Source: Hormiphora californensis
Taxonomy: Eukaryota; Animalia; Ctenophora
Direction of reading: 5' to 3'
NCBI GenBank assembly: GCA_020137815.1
Contig: CM035355.1
Coordinates: 4,030,001-4,094,000, forward strand
Length of the DNA: 64,000 nucleotides
Position 1 is the stretch's first letter. Every line of letters begins with the position of its first letter. The position numbers and the translations under genes were made by a program. Shown piece after piece: positions 12,878 through 23,309 of the stretch. The notes under the pieces are model-generated. The model worked only from the letters and a program-made list of their open reading frames with translations. It did no database searches and was not told the origin of the DNA.

Positions 12878-13680
12878 GGATGGTGGTGAAATAGGACGGA
12901 TGGTGGAGGATAGGAGTGATGGTAGTGTCTAGGACAGCTGATAGAGGATAGGAACAGGATGATGGAGGATAGGATGGATGGTGAAGGATGGATGGTGGAG
13001 GATAGGAAGGATGGTGGGGGATTGGACGGATGGTGGGGGATTGGACGGATGATGGAGGATGGGAGAGATGGTGGAGGATAGGACGGGTGGTGGAAAGTTT
13101 GACGAAAGATGGATGATAGGACGGATGGTCGAGGATAGGACGAATGGTGAAAGGATGCGACAGATGGTGGTGGAGGATATTCCAGATCATGGTGGATGAT
13201 AGGACGGATGGTGGAGGATAGGACGGATGGTGGAGGATGGGACAGATAGTGGAGGATAGGACGGATGGTGAAGGATAGGACGAAAGGTGGAGATTGGGAC
13301 AGATGGTCGAGGATAGGACGAATGGTGAAAGGATGCGACAGATGGTGGTGGAGGATATTCCAGATCATGGTGGATGATAGGACGGATGGTGGAGGATAGG
13401 ACGGATGGTGGAGGATGGGACGGATGGTGGAGGATAGGACGGATGGTGAAGGATAGGACGAATGGTGGAGGATAGGACGGATGGTGAAGGATAGGATGGA
13501 TAGGATGGTGGAGGATAGAGCATATAGCATATGGTGGAGGATAGGACGAATGGTGGAGGATAGGACGGATGGTGGAGGAAAGGATGGATGGTGGAGGATA
13601 GGACAGATGGTGGAGGATAGGACGAAAAGTGGAGGATAGGATGGATGGTGGAGGATATGATGAGTGGTTGAGGATAGAAT
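12878..13680. repeat. ~19-bp purine-rich minisatellite (GGTGGAGGATAGGACGGAT)n
   Basis: Directly visible tandem array with a higher-order internal duplication. Lies in the presumed LINE 3' UTR. Confidence 0.9.
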
Positions 13681-14966
13681 CTATGAAAGGATTCAGAGGT
13701 CAGGATTCAGGAGGTCAGAGGAAATCAGAAGGTCATTCAGGTTACGATCATACTAGGTATGTATGATATCATAGGAACGGAAGTTAGCCATAGGCAATTT
13801 TGAACAGGTGAGTCTTCAGTGATTTCTTGAATGTTGCTACAGACTCTGATTTCCTGATTAATTTTGGAAGTCTGTTCCAGAGTTTTGGTGCAGCAATGCT
13901 AAATGCTTTCTCAGTAACCTTGTACTTGCAGTGGTACTCCTCTAATCTTGTGTCATCGTCATCTACTCTGAGTTTCTTGGACTTCGCCTGCCTCTTCTGG
14001 ATCATCTCAGTGATGTAGCATGGAGATTTACCATTAAGTGCATTGTATACCATTAGGCACATTTTGTACTCGATGCGTTGGTTGATTGGAAGGAAGTGGG
14101 ATTTCTTTCTCAATTCGGTTACACCTCTTCTGCTGCGCTGACCGTATATAAATCGTGTGGCCGCGTTTTGGAGTACTTGGAGACGTTTTATATCGGATTC
14201 CTTCGAACCAAGGAGTAGGGCATTACAGTAATCGATCCTGGAGTGTATCAGGGTGTTGACAAGAAGAGTCTTCTGGTTCTTGTTTAGCTTACTAGCTATC
14301 CTCCACATGTTTACTAACTGTAGATTGCCCATCTGGACTATCCGTGTTACATGCTTGGTCATGTTTCGCTCTTTATCAAATATTACTCCCAGGTTCTTGG
14401 CTACTTCAGTTACAACTGTATCCTCATCTTCTGTTATGGCGACTGTATCAGGAGCTTCCGATTTATCCCATTTGTTGTTAAGTATCATGACCTCCGTCTT
14501 GTTAGGATTCAACTTGAGAAGATTTTGAGCCATCCATAGTCTAATATGAGCAACACACTTTTGTACCTGGCTCATAGCTGAAATTAGGTTTTCAGGCACA
14601 AAAGATATAGAGAGCTGTGTATCATCTGCGTACATATGTATCTTTAGATTGTACAGCTGAGCAATCTTCTCTAGGTCACGGGTGTAGAGTATGAAGAGAA
14701 GGGGCCCCAATATCGATCCTTGAGGGACTCCGATTTTGATGGTCGTGGTAGCAGATTCGGTCGGTCCGATCTTCACTATCGCAGTTCTATCATTCAAATA
14801 AGACTCTATCCATTTGAGAACTCTGCCAGTGATTCCATAGTCTTGCTGTAGACGTTGAATGAGCTTAGAGTGAGATATAGTGTCAAAAGCTGCCGATAGA
14901 TCGAGCAGCACAAGGATCACTTTTGTTTTCTTGTCCATCTGTATTAGAGTGTCGTTTACGATCTTC

Positions 14967-15097
14967 TATTGTGACAAGTGAAAACAAGTTTTTTACACAA
15001 TTGTGTAAAAAACTTGTTTTCACTTGTCACAATAGTTAAGCTCTCCGCATCCCCGGATCGAGCACTCTACCAGGATACTAACTTCTACATCTAGCTA
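14967..15097. mobile_element. 131-bp insertion containing a perfect palindrome, with 13-bp TSD
   Basis: GTTTACGATCTTC at 14954-14966 and 15098-15110. Removing the insertion and one TSD restores RT frame TLKIVNDTLIQMDKK. Confidence 0.85.
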
Positions 15098-17339
15098 GTT
15101 TACGATCTTCAAAGTTGCAGTCTCACAGCTATGGTGTGAGCGGTACGCAGACTGAACCTTGCTAAAAAGTCCATTGCTCTCAATGTGCTCAGTGAGTTGA
15201 TCGGCAACACATTTTTCTAGGATCTTGGACACAAAGGAGAGATTAGAGATCGGTCTGTAGCTACTGAGCTCGTCTGGGTCCAGTTCTTTGTTTTTCAAGG
15301 AGGGTCGGATAACAGCGGATTTTAAGTTGGCTGGAACCACTCCGTCCGATAGACTACCGTTCACAATCTTAGAGATAATGGGGACGAGTTCTGTCAGAGA
15401 ACCAGCTACCATGGTGGATGGAATAGGGTCGAGAGGACAGTGTTTCTTGTTCATGCTCCGAACAGTTGATACAAGTTCGGCGTCAGACACTGTCCTAAAC
15501 TTGGAGAGTACCGGGCAGTTATGAGCAGATAGTTCATGGGGAATAGTTGGCAGATCAGCTGAGTAAGCAGGGTCCTCTTTAATTGTCTCATAAATCTTCT
15601 CGATCTTGGATTTAAAGTAGTCCATCATCTTGTCTGGAAGCTTCTCAGGCTCATCTGTGGTTGGTAACTGCTTTGGAACTTTCTCTTTGCCAAGAAGATA
15701 GTTAAGGATCTGATAGGTAGCAGCAGGATTACCTTCAGCGGCTTCAAGGCGTATTTGGAAGAACATTCTTCTGGCTCGAATGAAAACAAGCTTTGCAGCA
15801 CGGATTTCAGTGATAAGCTCCTTCTCTGCATCTAGCACTTTGTCGTGGGGAACGGGTTTGCCTTTGTTTTTCTTTTGTAGGGCTTGTTTAAGGGTTTTCC
15901 TGTATCTTCGCTCAGCCTTCCTTCGCCTTCTAAGGGCATTATAGCACTCTTGGTTGAACCACTGTGGTTTATTGGAGAGTTTGATGTCTTTATCCTCAAT
16001 CGGTGCCAGTTCATCTAGTATCTGTACAAGAGTAGTGTTATAGAGTTCAACACACTCTTCAACGGTCTTTGGAAGAGGTTGTTTACAGAGTTTAGATTGG
16101 AGTATGTAGGTTTTCAGGGTTTCAATCGATAATTTGTAGAGTATTATTATTATTATTAAATCTGTTTACAATAAATTGACACTGTCAATATTGCCCTCCT
16201 ATTTGCGAGGAAAATGGAACTCTCTAGGTCTCTATCACACTTTCTCAGCTGTCAGATCATACAAAAAAATATAAAATGTCGATTAAAATACTGATTAGAT
16301 AATAATTAAAATATATTGTAAATTGATTAAATAAGTTAGTTAAAAATTCACTCCGTGGAGTGCGATTCGTACACAGTGTGTACGTCTCGGGCTGGTCAGT
16401 TATACATTTACAATTGATTAGAATATAAACCCATTACACAAGCAGTTGATCCCCAAATAAAGATTGTTCTATTACAGCTCTTACTAGCTTTCTAAAGTTC
16501 GATTTTACCTGCTTGTCTTTGGAGAAAATTAGTGGAAGATGGAAGTTCATTTCATAAGAAGATATCACCCTTAGTTCCTCACGGGGCCCTTCCACATCTT
16601 TTATCGCAGAACATTCAAACAACTTGTGGAATGTTGAATCTGGGAGTTGGCCACATTCAAGACAATTGGGAACTGTAAGTGATCGCTCGTATCTCAGGTA
16701 ACTGAAGCTGAAGTCTTGAAAACGTAAGGATCTGCCATGTACAAAGTCTAAGACCTGAGATGAGTTCTGTCGGGACATGTTTCTTGGAATTATGGGGAAA
16801 TCCAAAGTGGCCTCTGAGTTGATAAGGTTGGCGAGTGAATAGGAAGTATGCTGAAAGGGTCATCTCGAGTCAAATGGTTAATCGATGATTTGAGTGACCG
16901 GTCCCATAAACTACATGTGTACTGTCTCATTTCCTCTTTTGAGTACAGGAAAGTGTCCGGCTCTAAACTTCCCAAGTTAATAGTTCTGATTGAATCTCTG
17001 TTAGAATCCTGGATCTGGACACCGTCTAGTTGAGTCGACTTCCAAACCAAATATCTTTTGGTAGCAGCAATCTGCCAGAAGAACACATGATTTTGTTCCG
17101 CTTCAATTTGTAGTAGTTTAGCTGATATATTATCTTTAGCTGCAAGGCCTTTTAGGACAAATTTGGTTACCACTGTTTCCACAAGAACGTCAATAGGAGG
17201 CACGCATGCTAGGAGTTCTGACAGAGGTTTGGCTATGTGAACTTGTCCCCCTGTTATCTTCAGCCGTGCTCGGGAAAGAAGATCTCCGAAGTAAGTTGAG
17301 AACATGAATCATGCTGCCAGACCAAACCCAAAGAACCGA

Positions 17340-17515
17340 GACAAACCCCGCAAAACCAACCTCCAAACCAAACAAACAGCAAACCTCCACCAAACCTCCA
17401 AACCTCCACCAACCTCCAAACCTCCAACAACCTCCAAACCTCCACCAAACCTCCACCAACCTCCAAACCTCCAAACCTAAACGCAACCTAACCACACCTA
17501 ACTCCGCCAAACACC
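17340..17515. repeat. (CCAAACCT/CCACCAACCT)-type simple repeat tract 3' of the HERO element
   Basis: Tandem AACCTCC units directly visible. Confidence 0.8.
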
Positions 17516-17597
17516 AAGAGATCCGGAACAGCGGAAAGACCGAGACCCTCCGTCCACTAAGATGGTAAATGTGGACACTCGCCAGAAACCGAGACTC

Positions 17598-17717
17598 AGA
17601 TCGAACTCATCAGCCGTAAACCTGACACCGTTTCGGGGCTTTAATTCGGTACGGGTACACAAGGTACTAAGTCAGGCGCCCCGGCAATCTCGATAATCTG
17701 AGACCACCGTTCGATCT
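17598..17717 (-). ncRNA. Candidate non-circularly permuted, pseudoknotted hammerhead ribozyme
   Basis: CUGAUGA (17613-17607), C-GAAA (17635-17631), GUA cleavage triplet (17652-17650); stems I and III plus four supporting helices, paired by eye. Confidence 0.7.
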
Positions 17718-20700
17718 ATACCCAGTTGCCCGGAATGAATGTGTCGACTGGGGTCCCTCACTGCCTCCCCCTTTGACAGGTTTATGACAGTAAGGGTACA
17801 CCCGTCCAAACACACACTCCACTGCGAGGGCGAGTCTCAACCACTTCACTGCCTCCACTACTCCACATTCCTGTACTCCCACTCCTTCTTCGCCGAATGG
17901 AAGTAGATCCACATGGAACAGTGAGCAGCCTCTTTCCCCGTATCCTTAACCAGCTTCCTAAGACCCCTCCCTCTAAACCCAAGACGAGAAGCTGCTCTAA
18001 CCAGACTATCCGCCACCTGCCCTCGAGCCCCAACCTCTACCGCCATATTAAAACACCTCCACCCATTAGACTCACACTCCCTCTCAAGGTCCGTGTACCG
18101 TTCAATCTTGAGAGTATGGGCATCCCCTATTCTCTCTTCTGCAGGGCAAGTGAGCTCCCACCAGATCACCGTCTTTACCTCTCGCGAGAAGACAACAAGA
18201 TCAGGCCTTAACCTGGTCTGGGCGATCTCCGCCGGGAACTTGAGCTGACTTCCGATGTCAGAGAGGACAACCCAGTCCTTAGCGCCTGACAGGATCCCAC
18301 ACCCACTAACCCTCTTCTTCCCCTTCTTCTTCCCCTTCTTACCCTCTGCAACGAACTCGATACTCCGGGACCCTCTCGTGGACCTCGATGCAGCGTTAGC
18401 ACGGACCTCGCAGTGAAACTGTACCTGCTCGCCTATCTGCCGCAGGACCTTGTCATGCCGCCACCGGTATCTCCCCTGACCCAGAGCCACCTTACAGCCG
18501 GTTAGAATATGGCGAATACTCCCTGGAGCATCACCACACAGCTTGCAAAGACCGTCTTCCCCTTCCTTCCACTTCTTTGCAAGCGACGGCACGACAAGGG
18601 TTCCATAAACTGCTCTTAGGATGAAGCCAACCATTCCCTCCTTCATGTCGAATAGGCTTCTCCAGCTTAACTCCATCGAGACCACATCCTCCCTCCAAGC
18701 TAACCACATCCCCTGAACCTCTAACTGCATGGTCTCTACAGTCCTCACCTGGTCTAACCTCTCTCGAACTCGCTCAATCACAGCACCTCTCCTCTCGCTG
18801 TCCGACAGCTTCTCCCAAGGCTTTCGCCACTCACCGAAGCCAATCCCTGCCCTAGGGTATGGAGGAATCATACCGCGGACTGCATCACACCGAACATCAC
18901 TAACTGCCTCCTCTAACTCTTCCCCTGCTTTCCACTTCCTACCAGACCTGACAAGAGGCTGAAGCGCTAGGATAACTTCATCCTGTGAAGAACTGTAAGT
19001 CTGCTGCAATCTACACTTCTCCACTTTCCAGGTGTCAAGGAGGCTGTTCAACGGGAGCCGTACAGAAGACTCCGAGTTGAACAGACAAAGTCTGCTAAGA
19101 GTGTGACCTCCACCCAACCACTTTCGCAGGAAACTGTTCACTGACTGTTCCCAGGCTGCTACGGTGGTCAACGGGGTGTCGTAGATTGCCAGAGGCCACT
19201 TCATCTTAGGCAGAACAAGGTACTGGTAACCCCAGCACTTCTCCAAACCCGATAATCCACTCTCGTCCAACCGTCCCATCCACAACTTCAGCTGGCGAGC
19301 TGTTTCCTCGATGGCGACGGTGTCCCTTACATCAGCCCGAATCCACCGACCAAGGAACTTAATCGGCTTCTCAGTAACGTTCGGGATCGTCTCACCCCCA
19401 AACGACAAACTCACCGACTCTACCACCTTACCTCCCTCCAACACCAGGGCCCGAGACTTAGATGACTTAACAGTAAATCTCGCCCACTCCACAAACTCTC
19501 CAAACACCGACAACATAACCTTGCATGTCACTCTGTGTGGCAGTGACGAGGCAACTGTCATCCATGAACAGCTTCAAAGGAGGGACCGGTGTGCCATCTT
19601 TCACGTAGGCCACACTACGCGGTATCTTGATGGCCAGATACTCCGATACCATGTTCATACACAGTACAAACAAAATAACGGAGATGACACACCCCATGAA
19701 TATTCCGACCTCGAACTGTTGCCAGTTCGATGTTACCTCCCTTGAACTGAACCTACCGAAGACTCCAGAAAAGTAACTCAGGACTATGTCCACGATCGGC
19801 TGTGGAACTCGATAGAACCGGAGAGCCTTGACGATCAAGAGGTGAGGCACGGCACCATAGGCATTCGCCAAATCCAACCAGACCACCGACAGGTCCCGCC
19901 TCATAATCCTTGCGTCCTTCAAGGTCTCCCACATAGCCCCGAAGTGTTCCACACATCCACTTACCCCGGGAACACCACCTTTCTGGATCCGCCTATCCAC
20001 GTACCCATTCTCTACCACAAACTCTGTTAAGCGCCTCGCAAGTGTCCCTAGGTAGATCTTTCCCTGGACGTTACCTAAGGAAATCGGTCTACCAGTCGCC
20101 GGAGTGAAATCCCCTTCCCCCTTGGGAATGTACACTCCTTCAAACCAACGACAGTTTTCTGGATATCTCCGGTACTTAAAAGCAGACTTGTTCAAGTTCC
20201 ACAAGTTCCGGGAAATCTTAGGACACCGCTTGTACACCAAGTATGGGATGGCATTGGGACCTGGTGCACTTCTAGCGCGAGCCTTCTCCACCACCGACTG
20301 GTGTTCCTTCCAGGAGATAGGCTTCATGTTGAAAGCGACCTCTGGTTCAGGTGCAAAGTCTGGGAGCCCAGCTAGTACCCCGAGGGCCTTCCCCCGCTCA
20401 GGGTCTCCGTAGGTAGTCTGGAGATGTTGATCTAGCTGGTCCTTCGAGCAGCGCAGTTCCCCAACTGGACTCGGCTCTAGGATTTCCTTCACAGCTTTGA
20501 AGGGGCTCCTCTTGAACAGACCTCTCTGTCGCTTCCTTTCTCTCTCGTTCTCTCTCCTTCTCTCTGCATTCCTCAGCTTGGATAACTGGGAAGCAATCTC
20601 CCTCACCTTACCTTCCCAGCCTACCTTCCTCTCCGCCCTCACAACTCTCCTCTCCGCCACCAGGGACTCAATCAACCTACACCTCCTACTCCGAAAGGGT

Positions 20701-22075
20701 TCCTTGCGGCCACCCTTCTTCACCTCCACCAGGCCAAACATCTCTAGGCCAACCTCATACACAACCGTACAATGAACATCCATCTTATCCTGGTACAAAC
20801 AGCCAGCCTGCCCATCCCTTAACCTTTCAGAGACCGAATCCTCGTACTCTTTCCATCTACTATCTGTCCCCGATGGCCAGTTCACTCGTCTATTCCTTGA
20901 GGTAGGTGGTACTAATTCAGTGTTCATCTTCAGTAGGGCTGTGGTATCTTCAGCACTGTGGTTGTCGACCGGGCCAAATTCCCCACCCGAGCTTACAGGA
21001 CCAGGTCCCTGCGGTGCCCCATCCACCTTCAATAAACACTTCATCTTCCCCCGATGAATATTCCTACCTCGCTGACTCGTGAACTCCTTCCCACAAACAC
21101 ATCTAAACGCCTCCGCGTTCACTTCCTTGCTCTCACCTCCAGTTGTCGAGGGCACTCGACTGTAATCCTTTGCTCGTGTCACAGGATACTGGAGGGGTTG
21201 CCACCCGGTCTGGATTGATTACCCAGGCACCCGTCCCTAAATAAAGACTCCTGGGGCTTGGGGAAAGCAGGAGGCACTGCACCAGGGCGGCTGTGGTAAC
21301 AGTATTGTATAACCCCATCACACTCTCCCCTGACGGATCCGCCGACGCCGGAACCGCCACCGACACCCTGGCTGCTGACCAAGGGCACCATCTGTTCTGA
21401 ATAGTAGCGAAAGCCCCGAACTGTTAATCCCTGTCAGTCGACCAGTCATTGAGGTTAATGTGTTCCAGTTAAACCAGCATCTTTTTAGTACATCAGCAGC
21501 ATGAGTCATGAAATTTAGGTTACTATCAATGTAAACCCCAAGGACTTTACTATTCTTTGCAAAAGAGACAACTTTATTTCCAATCTTCAGTTGCTGAGGT
21601 GATGCACTATCATCTGATGAACCCCTTGGTCTGATGATGACAATCTCTGTTTTATTTCTATCACAGTTCACCGCTAGTCTCCACTTCCGACACCAGTTGT
21701 GAATGTAGTCCAAAACTATTGCCATAGTTCTCTCGCATTGAGTCTGGTCTCCAAAAACCAACACAGATCCGTCGTCGGCGAACTTGAATGCTTCAGTCCT
21801 ACATCTCACCTCCTCCGGCAGATTTTTGGTGCAGAGTAAGTCAGAGATGTAGAGAATGAATAGGATTGGAGAGAGGACTGCCCCCTGGGGAAGGCCTACT
21901 CTTCCACACCTACGGAGTGGGCCAAGAACTCCATTGATCTTCAAACGAACACTTCTTTGTGAAAGCATGTTGTCGATAAGGTTCAACAGCATTCCATTGA
22001 TTCCAAGTTTATGGAGCTTCACAATCAAACATTCATGGGGAACTGAGTCAAAAGCTTTTTGGAAATCTATACACA

Positions 22076-23309
22076 TTATTATTATTATTATTAAATCTAA
22101 AATGTATACATTGGATAAAATACAACATATACTGCCCCTTTTTGTGGGCTAAATTGATAGTCATAAGGTTCCTTTTGAAGTCTCTTTAGAGTACAAATTA
22201 CATGTAGCAGGTCAGCCACATTTAATTACCCCCCTGCTAACCCAATATCGTCCATTCGGATTGTCTCGCCTCAGTCCTTTCACTGTATCAACGAGAGTTT
22301 TCCGCTCTCGCTGCTCCTCCGGTGTTAGGTCGGGGGAGAGAAACACCGAGGAGAATTTCTCTGAATCTCGGAGCTGTTTTGCTTTTCTTAGAAGTTGTAA
22401 CAAAGTTTCCCTCCTTTCAAGTGTAACAATTACTGGTCTCGGTCGGTTATCAGTCTTTTCGCCAATACGCTTTGTAGAAGATATGACTGGTTTTTCATTG
22501 AGCTCTCCAAAGATATCCTGAACTTCATGCTCAGTAGCCCTTGCCGTAGTTTCTAACCAAATTCAACTTGCGATCAATAGTTGCTTCTTCCGCGGTTGTA
22601 CTTGGATGGGGTACAGTCGCTTTCTTCAATGCTGCTTGGAGGCGGGATGGTGCAATAGCTGCAGAGCAATTCTGTACAAGCACCTTGGAGTAGCCCTGCA
22701 AATGCTTCTGAACAGACTCTGACACTGAACTAAGTTTCCGACCTTGTACTTCAATCAAAGTATTTTGTGCTTCAATCAGCTTCTCTTGCAATTCAATCCT
22801 TGATACCCGATGTTTGTCGATTTCTTCCTTAAAAGTGCCAAGCTCTTCTTGTACCTCCTTGAGCTTCTGATTACACTCCACTAGTTCCAGGCGTTCTTTC
22901 ATTCGGGCAGTTGCATACAGACGTTTCTCCTTCATAACTGGTCCTATTTCTCTCACTATCCGAAAAATATGACGAGAGAGGTTCTCGGTGAAAGCCATGA
23001 AACGATCAACATTATACTTTCTCATTTCGGAGTCTTTCGGCAGTGCGTCCTCAATATACTGCTCAGGATCATCATACAAACTAGAATCCAATAACTTGGA
23101 CAATACTCCATCAACCTGTTGTTCACTAGGTTGTTTGAGCCCGTTCTTGATATAAAAAACGTCCTCTACTGCACAACGAAGTTTTTCCATCATCGACAAA
23201 TCCCAGCATTCCAGTGGATCGGCATCTGCATCAGAGGTATTAAGTTTCTCCGTCATAACTTCTGCCTGCCCCTACGTGCGGTCTCAACATCCTGAGGACA
23301 TATCTCAAC
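22076..23309 (-). mobile_element. ORF1-only non-autonomous LINE derivative
   Basis: 7-bp TSD ATACACA (22069-22075, 23310-23316); (AAT)n tail; coiled-coil ORF 22531-23256 continued after a frameshift by RPRPVIVTL...VFLSPDLTPEEQRER; no RT. Confidence 0.8.

Larger units (their letters stand above)
11944..16140 (-). mobile_element. CR1/L2-like LINE, 5'-incomplete: RT ORF with a long 3' UTR
   Basis: ORFs 15095-15838 and 13784-14938 with YRPISNL, LDLSAAFDT, GVPQGSILGP, YADD, FKKSLKTHLF. Probable (TTCATA)n tail at ~11944-11963; the lower boundary is inferred. Confidence 0.85.
17330..21391 (-). mobile_element. HERO-clade (R2 group) non-LTR retrotransposon with restriction-like endonuclease, near intact
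   Basis: N-terminal zinc finger CVCGKEFTSQRGRNIHRGKMKC; RT (RPISLGN, QKGG, LDLANAYGAVPH, GIFMGCVIS, FMDD); CCHC knuckle CKLC...HILTGC; RHD, RPDLV, ELTCP, KIERY. ORFs 19467-21182 and 17858-19561 differ by one extra base at ~19520. Element ends approximate. Confidence 0.88.

Noticed and set aside
12577-13530. 317-aa His/Pro/Ser-rich ORF
   Set aside because: Translation of the 19-bp minisatellite.
15036-15097. Minimal hammerhead in the palindromic insertion (CTGGTAGA...GAGAGCTTA, minus strand)
   Set aside because: Core boxes deviate from CUGANGA/GAAA and stem I is missing.
21185-21391. HDV-like ribozyme in the HERO 5' UTR
   Set aside because: Hairpins are present, but I could not assign P1.1, L3 or the J4/2 catalytic C.
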